Of a DNA stretch of 21,678 nt, positions 8,005 through 16,752 are shown in pieces. The stretch lies in the UHGV virus genome UHGV-0168745; one strand, written 5' to 3'. The notes under the pieces were generated by a model, which saw only the letters and a list, made by a program, of their open reading frames with translations, searched no databases and was not told where the DNA came from. The position numbers and the translations under genes are program-made. This stretch comes from a virus. The stretch's first letter is position 1. Every line of letters begins with the position of its first letter.

Positions 8005-8023
8005 GATTTCAGGAGATAAAACA

Positions 8024-8581
8024 ATGCAAAACTTATTCGACGGGTATCCCATGGCCAATGAAAAGCCGAATACAGAACGGGCTGTCCCGCTTCCTAACGT
8101 CATGAATCGTACAGAAGTCATTAACCGCCTTAACCAGATCGGTGAAATCTTTACGTTGTCTATGGAAGCCACTTTAGATGATGCGTTTCCACACATCGCA
8201 GGTTGGCCTGCTGAAACGATCCCACACACCATCAACGGCTACCAGCGTTTCTTAACCGAAATACGTAGCAGTTCCGTCGGCAATATCATCGCCGGTTACA
8301 TTATCCGTTTCAAACAACTTCTACTGATTGAATTCGGTGAAGGTGTGTTGGAAGCATTGGAATCTGAACTGATTACTTTACACAACAACGAAATTATACG
8401 CAACGAAAAAGGAAACGGTGACGCAGAACCAACCCTGTGGCGTGTTGCTTATCCAGACGATACCACCAACACACCGCCTACCACGTTCGATTTACTCTCT
8501 ACGTTCCTGCTGTTAATGCAGATGAAAAACTTAATTATTCGTTCTTCCGCTCGTAAACATCTGGCGCAAGAAGAAAAATAA
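8024..8581 (+). CDS. hypothetical protein, 185 aa (start ATG 8024 preferred over TTG 8003)
   Basis: AGGAG at 8011-8015 lies 8 nt before ATG 8024; the ORF-track start at 8003 is a TTG inside the terminator T-run. Stop TAA 8579-8581. Confidence 0.55.
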   Translation: MQNLFDGYPMANEKPNTERAVPLPNVMNRTEVINRLNQIGEIFTLSMEATLDDAFPHIAGWPAETIPHTINGYQRFLTEIRSSSVGNIIAGYIIRFKQLLLIEFGEGVLEALESELITLHNNEIIRNEKGNGDAEPTLWRVAYPDDTTNTPPTTFDLLSTFLLLMQMKNLIIRSSARKHLAQEEK

Positions 8582-8585
8582 AAGC

Positions 8586-8626
8586 TACCTACCTCCTTGA
8601 CGGAGGTAGGTAAACTTATTTTTTTT
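8586..8626. terminator. bidirectional intrinsic terminator between convergent genes (TACCTACCTCC-ttgac-GGAGGTAGGTA, T-run on + strand, GCTTTTATTTTT on - strand)
   Basis: Perfect 11-bp inverted repeat 8586-8596 / 8602-8612, flanked by T-rich tracts on both strands; sits between the + gene ending at 8581 and the - gene ending at 8629. Confidence 0.6.
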
Positions 8627-8628
8627 GC

Positions 8629-9504
8629 TTAACGAAGCTGATTTGCCATCTGCTCGTCGGACACAGAACGATAACCGCCAGCCGTAGCATCGACGTCTGG
8701 GTTGATACCGTTGGTCTGCTGAGACGGAGTAAGCCACAGTTTGCGCTCGTAAGGACGCAGACCGTAAAGCTTCATGCGCTCCAGTTCTTTCTGAGCTGCC
8801 TGCATCGGACCCCAACCTGTCCATTGCTGGGAGGTGAAGGTGATAGACAGTTCGTTGGTCTGAGGACCGGTGTTCGGATCGCGTTCACCGATATCCTGAC
8901 CGTTAGACTCAGGAGCCATGTTCGTCAGCCACCACGCGTTCTGCGGTTTACGCTGATACGCATCCGGTTCGAAATACAGCACGGTCATGCTGTACATATC
9001 CGGCAGGTGATCCGGCACGTTCGGGTTGATTGCCGCCAGACCAGGGTGGCCAGTGTGCGGGTCACAAACACCGTAAACCAGCCACGCCCACAGCATGTTC
9101 TGATACACTTTACCCAGTTTATCCGGGGTCGTGTGTGTAACGGAAGACAGTGCTTCCGTTACCAGACCAGCTTCGTACTGAACGCGGTTGTTACGTCCCT
9201 GCTGAGTCTGTACGTACTCAGCACTCAGGGATTTGTCCAGACCGGTAATCGTGGTGTGAACTTCGATGAATGATTTGATTGCCTGACGCCACAGTTGTGG
9301 GTTCGGCATGTAATCAACCCAACGAGGGAATTCCATCACACGAGCGATTACGTTACGGCGCAGACGGTGGGCGTTGGTAACGAACTTACCAACCTGACCG
9401 ACCGGACCGTTTTGACCAGACGAGAAGGGGTTAACCATATCGTACTGGCCGCCATCGACATGGAGGCCCTGGTCAGGTAAAATCATGCGTTCTTTAATAG
9501 ACAT
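8629..9504 (-). CDS. virion structural protein, 291 aa; tentatively tail tube (position-based)
   Basis: ORF starts 3 nt after the stop of the upstream 685-aa gene on the same strand, with GGAGAG inside that gene's 3' end as Shine-Dalgarno. A large protein followed by a tightly coupled protein of about 290 aa recalls the sheath/tube arrangement of phiKZ-like myoviruses (recalled from memory). No sequence motif confirms it. Confidence 0.4.
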   Translation of the reverse strand: MSIKERMILPDQGLHVDGGQYDMVNPFSSGQNGPVGQVGKFVTNAHRLRRNVIARVMEFPRWVDYMPNPQLWRQAIKSFIEVHTTITGLDKSLSAEYVQTQQGRNNRVQYEAGLVTEALSSVTHTTPDKLGKVYQNMLWAWLVYGVCDPHTGHPGLAAINPNVPDHLPDMYSMTVLYFEPDAYQRKPQNAWWLTNMAPESNGQDIGERDPNTGPQTNELSITFTSQQWTGWGPMQAAQKELERMKLYGLRPYERKLWLTPSQQTNGINPDVDATAGGYRSVSDEQMANQLR

Positions 9505-9507
9505 CTA

Positions 9508-11565
9508 TTAGCTCTCCGTACTGTCGCGACGATAAACTTTGATCGTCGTGTTGAACTGCGTCAACAGTACACCGCCTTCAGCTTTAATGTCCAGCGTGAT
9601 AGAGTAGCCATTGGCTTTATCATCCGCTGTCATATACGCACTCGGAGTAATGTCGGCAATATTATCCAGGCGACCTTCCAAACGCTCGGTGATTTTGTTT
9701 TCAATCATTTTCGCGCGTTCGTCGTCCGTCATACGGCTTTCACCGGACATATCTGCCCAAACTTGATCACTGACACGATAAACGTAGGTCAGGATGAAGT
9801 TAAACAGTGCGTTGTTCAGCACTGAACGTTCTTCGCTATAGATGGACTGGATAGCTGGGATGAACAGACGATAGTAGTCGCGGGAACGTGCAGTAACCAG
9901 AGACACATCCCAGTCGGACGCGTAAACCTCGTTACCTTTCCACGGCATACTCAGATCGTACAGATCTTCAATAATCGTCTCTTCACCACGGCTGAAACGA
10001 TACGCCGGTTTTGCACGACCTTCACCGGAACCGAGATACTTCGAGAAGAAGTTCGCAATGCTATAACACATCGGAACCGGTTTCTTGTAGCTCGAGTTAC
10101 GAATGAACGCAGACTGGCCGGTAATCATCCCACGACACGCTGGGGTACCGTAGTAAGATGATTCAGGTACGGACGTAATCATTTCGATCAACGCTGTCTT
10201 CACGTTCTCTTCGGTTTGTAAGTCATTACGACCTTCGTTATAAACGTGAGTACAGAGCGTCAGGAACGTATTACGAGAACGACCGATGAAATTCGTCAGT
10301 GCTTTCTTGGTATCCATGCTAAAGCCAGAATCCCAGAAACAGCCCAGAGAGTATTTCAGCTCGTTATCGTAACGGACTTTACCGCCATCCGGGAACAGGC
10401 TCATTTCACGACGTACGAGTTCGTCGTAAACGTCATTGCTCATGGTCCCGTTGCTACCGCCTTGCAGGTAGTGAATATTCGAAGCAGAGAAAACGATTTT
10501 ACCTACTTCATCAGACGGGTTAACTTGTAAACCGTCATACATCTGACCGGTTAAATCCAGACCGCCGAAGATATCGACCATATACGGGTCAGTGATGGCC
10601 GGTTTTGCATTCTGAATTTTGGACTGTGCCAGTTTCAGAACGGTTTCCAGGTTTTCACGATAGATGTAAAACTCTTCGAACGGACCGTAGTCGGGCAGGC
10701 CACCAATGTCCGGCATCGTCTGACGATAAGCATCTGGAACAACGACTTCGAAGTCCAGTTGGGTAGCCATCGGCTGATAGTATGCATCGGGCTTGAAGCT
10801 AACATTGATGCTGCTGAGACCTTTAAGGGTCTTCCAAATCACCGGTGATGTAACGCCTGCTAAGGTTTCAAACCACTGCAAAGCGTACATACGACCACCT
10901 ACGTTAGTCTGATAAGCAGACGCGATAGATGGGCTGGATTTTTCGTTCAGCGGAACCAGTTTAAAACCGAAACCGTTGACATCAGCACCCGCGTACGGGC
11001 CTTTAATGTCGAAGATCGGATAGAGTTTTGATTTCGCTTGGGTGGTTTCATCGGTCATTGTCCCTTCAGTTTCCACGCCTTTTTTCAGGGTGGATACATC
11101 TTCGACAACTTGCAGACGGAAGACCACTTTCAAGCCATCAACGTCTTCTTTCTTCTTCGGCTTACCACTTACGTCGTACTGGATAACGCCGTTCTTACGC
11201 TCATAAGCGGGAACTTTAGTTTCGAGTACGTCAGCCACCAGACGGACAGCTGCGATTTTCGCATCATCCGGTACCAGACGCTGATACATACACTCGTTAC
11301 CGTTGGCATTAAACATCGCCTGGAAGGGTGTGTTAAACGTCGCGTAATCGCCACGCAGGTCGAACAAATCACGACCAAGCAGAGACAATGCATTATCCCC
11401 GGATAACGGGAACGCCTCGTCGTCTACCCCGCGTGATGCAAAGGTGAAGATCAGCGGCTTATGAATCGGGTCACCAGTGGGACTCCGAACAAGTTCAGGG
11501 ACAGAGTTGTCCTGCCACCCTTGCTTGTTATTCAACGGCGCGCCGTTTCGTGGAATAAAACTCAT
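9508..11565 (-). CDS. large virion structural protein, 685 aa; tentatively contractile tail sheath (major capsid protein not excluded)
   Basis: Long ORF with GGAGA 6 nt upstream of ATG; size and coupling to the downstream 291-aa gene fit a sheath/tube pair. Assignment is architectural only. Confidence 0.4.
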   Translation of the reverse strand: MSFIPRNGAPLNNKQGWQDNSVPELVRSPTGDPIHKPLIFTFASRGVDDEAFPLSGDNALSLLGRDLFDLRGDYATFNTPFQAMFNANGNECMYQRLVPDDAKIAAVRLVADVLETKVPAYERKNGVIQYDVSGKPKKKEDVDGLKVVFRLQVVEDVSTLKKGVETEGTMTDETTQAKSKLYPIFDIKGPYAGADVNGFGFKLVPLNEKSSPSIASAYQTNVGGRMYALQWFETLAGVTSPVIWKTLKGLSSINVSFKPDAYYQPMATQLDFEVVVPDAYRQTMPDIGGLPDYGPFEEFYIYRENLETVLKLAQSKIQNAKPAITDPYMVDIFGGLDLTGQMYDGLQVNPSDEVGKIVFSASNIHYLQGGSNGTMSNDVYDELVRREMSLFPDGGKVRYDNELKYSLGCFWDSGFSMDTKKALTNFIGRSRNTFLTLCTHVYNEGRNDLQTEENVKTALIEMITSVPESSYYGTPACRGMITGQSAFIRNSSYKKPVPMCYSIANFFSKYLGSGEGRAKPAYRFSRGEETIIEDLYDLSMPWKGNEVYASDWDVSLVTARSRDYYRLFIPAIQSIYSEERSVLNNALFNFILTYVYRVSDQVWADMSGESRMTDDERAKMIENKITERLEGRLDNIADITPSAYMTADDKANGYSITLDIKAEGGVLLTQFNTTIKVYRRDSTES

Positions 11566-11627
11566 GGAACGTCTCCATATTCAGTCTTTAAGACCTTGAA
11601 AAAGGGTCATACTAAGGTATCATACTC
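11566..11627. promoter_or_regulatory. 62-bp divergent intergenic region (putative divergent promoters/operator)
   Basis: Separates divergent starts at 11565 (-) and 11628 (+); contains near-palindrome GTCTTTAAGAC (11584-11594) and direct repeat TCATACT x2 (11608-11614, 11620-11626). No canonical -35/-10 pair identified. Confidence 0.3.
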
Positions 11628-12536
11628 ATGGCACTCAAAAACGCTTACAACGGTACTCCGTTTAATACCATAGACCTTACCCGCTTACACGCGGATTTGG
11701 AACTGGCTCGTAAAGTCAATCAGACCGTTGCACAGTCTGACGAGGTACATTACGTTATCGAAACTGCCGATGTAAAACCGTTCCCGTTACCGATCGTCAT
11801 CGGTGATGACGTGTACGTTGACGCACGAACTTTCACTACGCTGGATAAGAATGGCGTACTGAAAATCCGTAACCCCATTGAGCACCAATTACGTCTCGAC
11901 GAAGCACGTTGGGAATTAGTGTGGAAACGGAACAATGATAAGCTCGGTACATTAATGTCACGCATGTCTTATCACCATGAGATCTTCAGCAGGTGGATTA
12001 GCGATGCGATTGAACACACCTACGCACTTGCTCCATATCAAAGCGGTCAAGTCAAGGCACTCGCTGCCCTGTTTTCCGTAGGACAGTTCTACAACAACTT
12101 CGAAGATGAAGTTAAAATGCTGAGAATGCAGCAATCGTTAGAGCGTGAACTTCGCCTCGGACCACAGATTTTTGAAACCGTTACTGGCAACACAGAATTC
12201 CTGTTCCCGCGTAATATCGGTGAATTTGTCGAGATGGTCAAAGCCGCGGACATTACCGCACGCTTAAAAGATCTGAGTGTCGTTAGTCTGCAAGGTATGT
12301 TGGCGACAAGCCTGGGTAGCTTTATCAGCTACGACCGTCAGCTCGTTACCAGCGCTATCGAATATCCACCATCTCTGTTCGTCATTGTCCGCACGTGTTT
12401 AGAGAACGTGATATTTAACCGCTCCCGTTTAGGTGGCCTGATTAAGAAATGTGACGTGGCAAAACGTAAAGACGCGTTTATCATGGCATACGACACGCTG
12501 CTTAATCAAAACACCAAACCGATAAACATCCAGTAA
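11628..12536 (+). CDS. hypothetical protein, 302 aa
   Basis: ORF with TAAGGT 9 nt upstream; first gene of a + strand block that ends with the terminase. Confidence 0.6.
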   Translation: MALKNAYNGTPFNTIDLTRLHADLELARKVNQTVAQSDEVHYVIETADVKPFPLPIVIGDDVYVDARTFTTLDKNGVLKIRNPIEHQLRLDEARWELVWKRNNDKLGTLMSRMSYHHEIFSRWISDAIEHTYALAPYQSGQVKALAALFSVGQFYNNFEDEVKMLRMQQSLERELRLGPQIFETVTGNTEFLFPRNIGEFVEMVKAADITARLKDLSVVSLQGMLATSLGSFISYDRQLVTSAIEYPPSLFVIVRTCLENVIFNRSRLGGLIKKCDVAKRKDAFIMAYDTLLNQNTKPINIQ

Positions 12537-12546
12537 GAGGTCCACT

Positions 12547-15063
12547 ATGGAGAACTGGCTGGTCGCCCACGCCATCCAAAAAGCGTGGCAGCGTCCATAT
12601 CTCGACGGGGTGCTTAACATCGCACCCTTCCGTCTTTCACCCAAGACCGGGGCGATCGGCTTTTTCAAACACGGTCGGATTCCGGTCGCTTTACCGAAAG
12701 AGAATTCGTGGTGGCACGCTTACGCAATTGATAAGCTCCACGTAAACTGGGGGAACCTTGCTATTCCCCTAAACCGTTGGAAGAAGCTTTCTACGTGTGT
12801 AAACGGCTTCAGTACCTGGATTCAGGTGTATAACGAAAACGGAACAACGATTCCGTCCGAATACGTGTACTTCTACCGTAACAGCGCAGGGATGGTTTAC
12901 ATGGCTATCCCGCAATCCGATCGCTACGCCTGGCTGGACAACGATCCTTGCTACCTGCGAATTTATCCGGGTTACAGCGGGGGTGAAAACGCACCGTATA
13001 TTAACCCGACGACGGTTGAGTTCTATTCACCGCCGAACCGTGAACAGGTGCAAAAAGTTATTGACCGATTCAACTATCTGAAGCAACAAAACAAAGGGTA
13101 CGTTGAATTCTGGTTAAACGGGGAACTGGTTGATTCTCCGAAGCCTGCGGACATTAAAACGTGGGACGATATCGATATCCGGGTTGATGGTCGTGTTCGT
13201 CGCGTTGTGGAATTCCGTTGTGGGGACTTACAGACGTTTATGTCCACACTGGACAGCAAACGAAAATACCTCCTTCACATTCCGAAAAAAGACGGTATCT
13301 GGATTTTTAATAACGATGCAGAAATCCAGCTTTACTGGAAAGGCAGGGGGCGTTATTACCACCGTCATCGTCACCAGGCATTGCGGCAACTGACATGGAA
13401 CGATCTGTCTATTCCGACTGAACGTATTGCGAAATACCGTAATGTCTTTAGCGAATCTATCACCGACTTGGATGATTTGGTCATCCGTCTGATTATTCGC
13501 GATGACTATCTGGATATTACACCGCTGTATAACTCCGCACACATTCATGATCTGTATCGGTTGTCTGATGACCTGATTATCGATGCGATGATTGGTGCAA
13601 ACGCAAACGTAACAGAGTGGCAAGCGGCTAATCTGGAACAAGCTGCTTTTAACCGACTGGCAGCGGCTAAGCTTGAGAACATCACGCGAGATTTGTGTAC
13701 CGATGCCTACGGTTACAACGCAGTAAGTCGTTATACTGCTGACACCCCACAACGACTTACGTTAACCGAAGGGGGCTACCGTGCTACGCTGCCTGCGTTA
13801 CTGGCAACCAACTCGACGGTATACGAATACGACGCCGATGGGTTGTTGTTAGAGGCGCATCAAAACCGTGGCTACGACGTTTACCAGGCACGTAACCCTA
13901 ACGCCAGAATTATCGAAGCGATTGAAGGGGATAAAGACGAGGCAGTAACTATCGTTGATAACGCCGCCGACTTCGAGATTCAAGAAGGTCAAAACGTTAA
14001 CTTGTGGTTACGTAAAGTTATCGATGACATTCCACGAGACGAATATCTGAAAGCGGTAGAAGGGACGGATTACACCCGTGACGGTAATAACATTACCTGG
14101 ACGGTGGACCGTACTCGTCGTCATCCTACGGTGATTTACGACGATCGTCATCTGTATTTCGAAATCGATGTGGCAGTCAGAGAAGGGGAGATTCGTATTC
14201 CTATTCTGGCTCGTAACCAAGAAGGTAGTCAGCGCACGTTATGGATTCCGATGGAAACCGTTGAAGTGTGGTTAAACGGGCACCCTCTGGTACACGGTAT
14301 CGATTATCATGTCATTTGGCCAGAAATCGTCGTAGTGTGTAAAGCGTGGATGAGTGACGGGGACGAAAACCGTATCGCGGTACGTTGTCGTGGTGTAACC
14401 GGTGAACTTCGTGTTCCAAAACACGGCTTTGTCTCCAGTGGCTTGCTGTCGAACAACAGCCAGTTCGATTGTCGTGATGATAAAGTTATCCGTGTAGTTG
14501 CAGGCGGTTCTTTACTGTTACGCGACGAAGTGGTATTCCGTGAAGACAACACGGTGGGTGTCAATATTGTCGATGACGGCTATCCGTACTCTGTTGACGA
14601 TCCAACCATACCGTTACGTACGCTGGTAACAGGGGATACGTATACGTTACGTGATGTGGCTCGTGACTTGGACTCCCGTGTAGAAAACTACATGTCTAAC
14701 TGGTTCCCGACACCGCCACCACAGAATCCTGTACCGTTGCCGCATTTGTATCATCTTTATTCGCCAACGTTGAATAAAATCTTGTGGGATTACTTACAGG
14801 GTATTCTCACCCTGGTAGAAGACGACCCGGATTACCGTATCTCAACGACACAGTTGGATGAGATTATGGAGCGGTATAAAGACCTGCTTCCGTTCGACCC
14901 TGCGTATATCGGTTACGATAAAGCGTTTGTCAAACTCCATCCTCATGTGAAATATCAAACCGTGGAAGTTAACGAACTCGGGTTCGCGTTTTTGGATCGC
15001 GTTAACGAGCGGTATCTGAATGGTGAAGTTCAGCTGAACCAGTATCTGAAAATCAAGGGTTAA
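12547..15063 (+). CDS. hypothetical large protein, 838 aa (possibly virion/morphogenesis)
   Basis: 2.5-kb ORF with TAAGAGG 6 nt upstream; no enzymatic motif recognised by eye; co-oriented with and upstream of the terminase. Confidence 0.65.
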   Translation: MENWLVAHAIQKAWQRPYLDGVLNIAPFRLSPKTGAIGFFKHGRIPVALPKENSWWHAYAIDKLHVNWGNLAIPLNRWKKLSTCVNGFSTWIQVYNENGTTIPSEYVYFYRNSAGMVYMAIPQSDRYAWLDNDPCYLRIYPGYSGGENAPYINPTTVEFYSPPNREQVQKVIDRFNYLKQQNKGYVEFWLNGELVDSPKPADIKTWDDIDIRVDGRVRRVVEFRCGDLQTFMSTLDSKRKYLLHIPKKDGIWIFNNDAEIQLYWKGRGRYYHRHRHQALRQLTWNDLSIPTERIAKYRNVFSESITDLDDLVIRLIIRDDYLDITPLYNSAHIHDLYRLSDDLIIDAMIGANANVTEWQAANLEQAAFNRLAAAKLENITRDLCTDAYGYNAVSRYTADTPQRLTLTEGGYRATLPALLATNSTVYEYDADGLLLEAHQNRGYDVYQARNPNARIIEAIEGDKDEAVTIVDNAADFEIQEGQNVNLWLRKVIDDIPRDEYLKAVEGTDYTRDGNNITWTVDRTRRHPTVIYDDRHLYFEIDVAVREGEIRIPILARNQEGSQRTLWIPMETVEVWLNGHPLVHGIDYHVIWPEIVVVCKAWMSDGDENRIAVRCRGVTGELRVPKHGFVSSGLLSNNSQFDCRDDKVIRVVAGGSLLLRDEVVFREDNTVGVNIVDDGYPYSVDDPTIPLRTLVTGDTYTLRDVARDLDSRVENYMSNWFPTPPPQNPVPLPHLYHLYSPTLNKILWDYLQGILTLVEDDPDYRISTTQLDEIMERYKDLLPFDPAYIGYDKAFVKLHPHVKYQTVEVNELGFAFLDRVNERYLNGEVQLNQYLKIKG

Positions 15064-15065
15064 TC

Positions 15066-16706
15066 ATGGCCTTAACAACTGACATTATCAACAAGGATCG
15101 CGGGTTCCGTGTGTGGCGTCCTGAGGAACTCTATGCGCCCGAACGCCCTACCGGATACGTACCGAACCCGAAAGATCTGATCGTTAACGATATCACTTCA
15201 GGTTTCGATATCGTCGTAAGCGTTAACTACGCCAAACCGTCATGGGAAACCGAACCGTGGGGTGGTGTAGGGGTGGCTAACCAAGACGGACGTCTGAACG
15301 GCCACTACCCGCTACGCAGTGATAAATACCGCGTCTACGTGGATTCTACGAAGCTTCCAGCAACGATGGTGTTGGATAATGCACTCACCTTCGAAGGGCC
15401 GGATGTGGACGGCGTGCGTATTTTCCGGGGCAGTAAAGTCGACGACAGTGCTGAAATCCTCTCCGGCTATTACAAAGACGGTAAGTTAAAATACACTTAC
15501 CTGCCGGTACAGACGATTTCCGTCGAAGGTGCTGAACGTGTCGTTAAACAAACGCTACCGGGTGCCTGCCTAGCTGAGGTCGAAAACGGTGAAGAGTGTA
15601 TGTTCGCGGTTTACTCCGACGTCGGTAACGTGGTACAAATCGGTCATGCGCACATCATCAAAACGAATCTGGTGATGGCACAAGAGACGCCAGCGCGTAC
15701 GGTGTTAGGTATTAAGTTGGTGTCACCGTTCCTGGTGGACAACGACGGCACCACACTGACGCTACCGATCAACATGCCAATCGAATCCATACCGCTTTGG
15801 TGTGATGTGGTTTACAGTGACGGTACAAAACGTTTACCTATCGACCAGGCGCGTGTAAAATTCAATGGGCTGCGTAACGCAGGCTCTCACGACACGTTCT
15901 ATATCGCCTCTAACTCAGGTAATACGTTACCTTGTGTACTGAGCTATAAGCTGTCCAAAGGTGAAACTTACGGCGGTACCGATATCGTAGGCGATACCAT
16001 CGTGAAGAACTACACGGCGGTAACAGAACAGGTCGACGGTGCCTACAGCATGAAACTATTCGTTGTACCGAGATGGTTAGATGCAACGCGTGGTTATCGT
16101 CTGGACTTCTTGCTGTATAACCTGACGCGTGGTAAAGTTTACGATGCAACCGCACACGTGAACTACACCACAGGTACAACGTTTGACCCGTTACTGATGG
16201 GTGTTAAACAGCGTCTTAACGTCCAGGTCGATATCAGTAAGGTGGACAGCAAGTTCCGTGCGTTTATTCAGTCGCAGTCGTTTGCGATTACGCTGGTCAA
16301 TCCGGGTAACGAACTGAACTCGAACTTCATTCTGGAATACCTCCCAGACGGTATGAAGTACGGGGAAAACGTGTGGGCGGAGTTTAAATACTCTAACGTC
16401 AGCTATTCTGAAATCGACGTCAGCAACAAAGTGGCTTCGAAAGCAGAATGGCTGAAGTTGTTGTACGAACCGATTTATCCGTTGTACGATCGTCGTAATG
16501 AGTCTGAGCCACCTGAACCCACCCACTTCGAAATCCACGTCGGGGGTAAAGTCTACACCTACAGTGTCGATGAGTGGTTGGATAAAAAGGTTATCGATTA
16601 TCGCGTACCACTCGATGCACCGTTGGTGATTCGTTGGATACGCCGTACACCAACCGATACCTTAAACTTAGCCGCATCACCAATGCTGGCGCACCACATC
16701 GAATAA
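15066..16706 (+). CDS. hypothetical protein, 546 aa (possibly virion/morphogenesis)
   Basis: ORF starting 2 nt after the upstream stop (TAATCATG); AAGGG Shine-Dalgarno; no motif recognised. Confidence 0.65.
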   Translation: MALTTDIINKDRGFRVWRPEELYAPERPTGYVPNPKDLIVNDITSGFDIVVSVNYAKPSWETEPWGGVGVANQDGRLNGHYPLRSDKYRVYVDSTKLPATMVLDNALTFEGPDVDGVRIFRGSKVDDSAEILSGYYKDGKLKYTYLPVQTISVEGAERVVKQTLPGACLAEVENGEECMFAVYSDVGNVVQIGHAHIIKTNLVMAQETPARTVLGIKLVSPFLVDNDGTTLTLPINMPIESIPLWCDVVYSDGTKRLPIDQARVKFNGLRNAGSHDTFYIASNSGNTLPCVLSYKLSKGETYGGTDIVGDTIVKNYTAVTEQVDGAYSMKLFVVPRWLDATRGYRLDFLLYNLTRGKVYDATAHVNYTTGTTFDPLLMGVKQRLNVQVDISKVDSKFRAFIQSQSFAITLVNPGNELNSNFILEYLPDGMKYGENVWAEFKYSNVSYSEIDVSNKVASKAEWLKLLYEPIYPLYDRRNESEPPEPTHFEIHVGGKVYTYSVDEWLDKKVIDYRVPLDAPLVIRWIRRTPTDTLNLAASPMLAHHIE

Positions 16707-16715
16707 ACATAACAA

Positions 16716-16741
16716 GCCTCCTACCCGAAAGGGTAGGAGGC
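16716..16741 (+). other. perfect 11-bp hairpin with GNRA (GAAA) tetraloop upstream of the terminase start
   Basis: GCCTCCTACCC-gaaa-GGGTAGGAGGC read directly; no U-tract; the terminase Shine-Dalgarno GAGGAG (16742-16747) starts right after the 3' arm. Confidence 0.45.
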
Positions 16742-16752
16742 GAGGAGTCTGT

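Noticed and set aside
8003-8023. ORF-track start at TTG 8003 for the 8003-8581 gene
   Set aside because: The TTG lies inside the terminator T-run and upstream of the Shine-Dalgarno AGGAG (8011-8015); ATG 8024 with 8-nt spacing is the plausible start.
8585-9273. ORFs 8585-8824 (-) and 8824-9273 (+)
   Set aside because: One spans the bidirectional terminator and the 3' end of the 291-aa gene in another frame; the other is antisense inside that gene. Neither has a ribosome-binding site.
11566-11600. phiKZ-like TATG late promoter upstream of the putative sheath gene
   Set aside because: Only one occurrence; TATG is too short to be meaningful without genome-wide enrichment and start-site data. 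Kept as a low-confidence note only.
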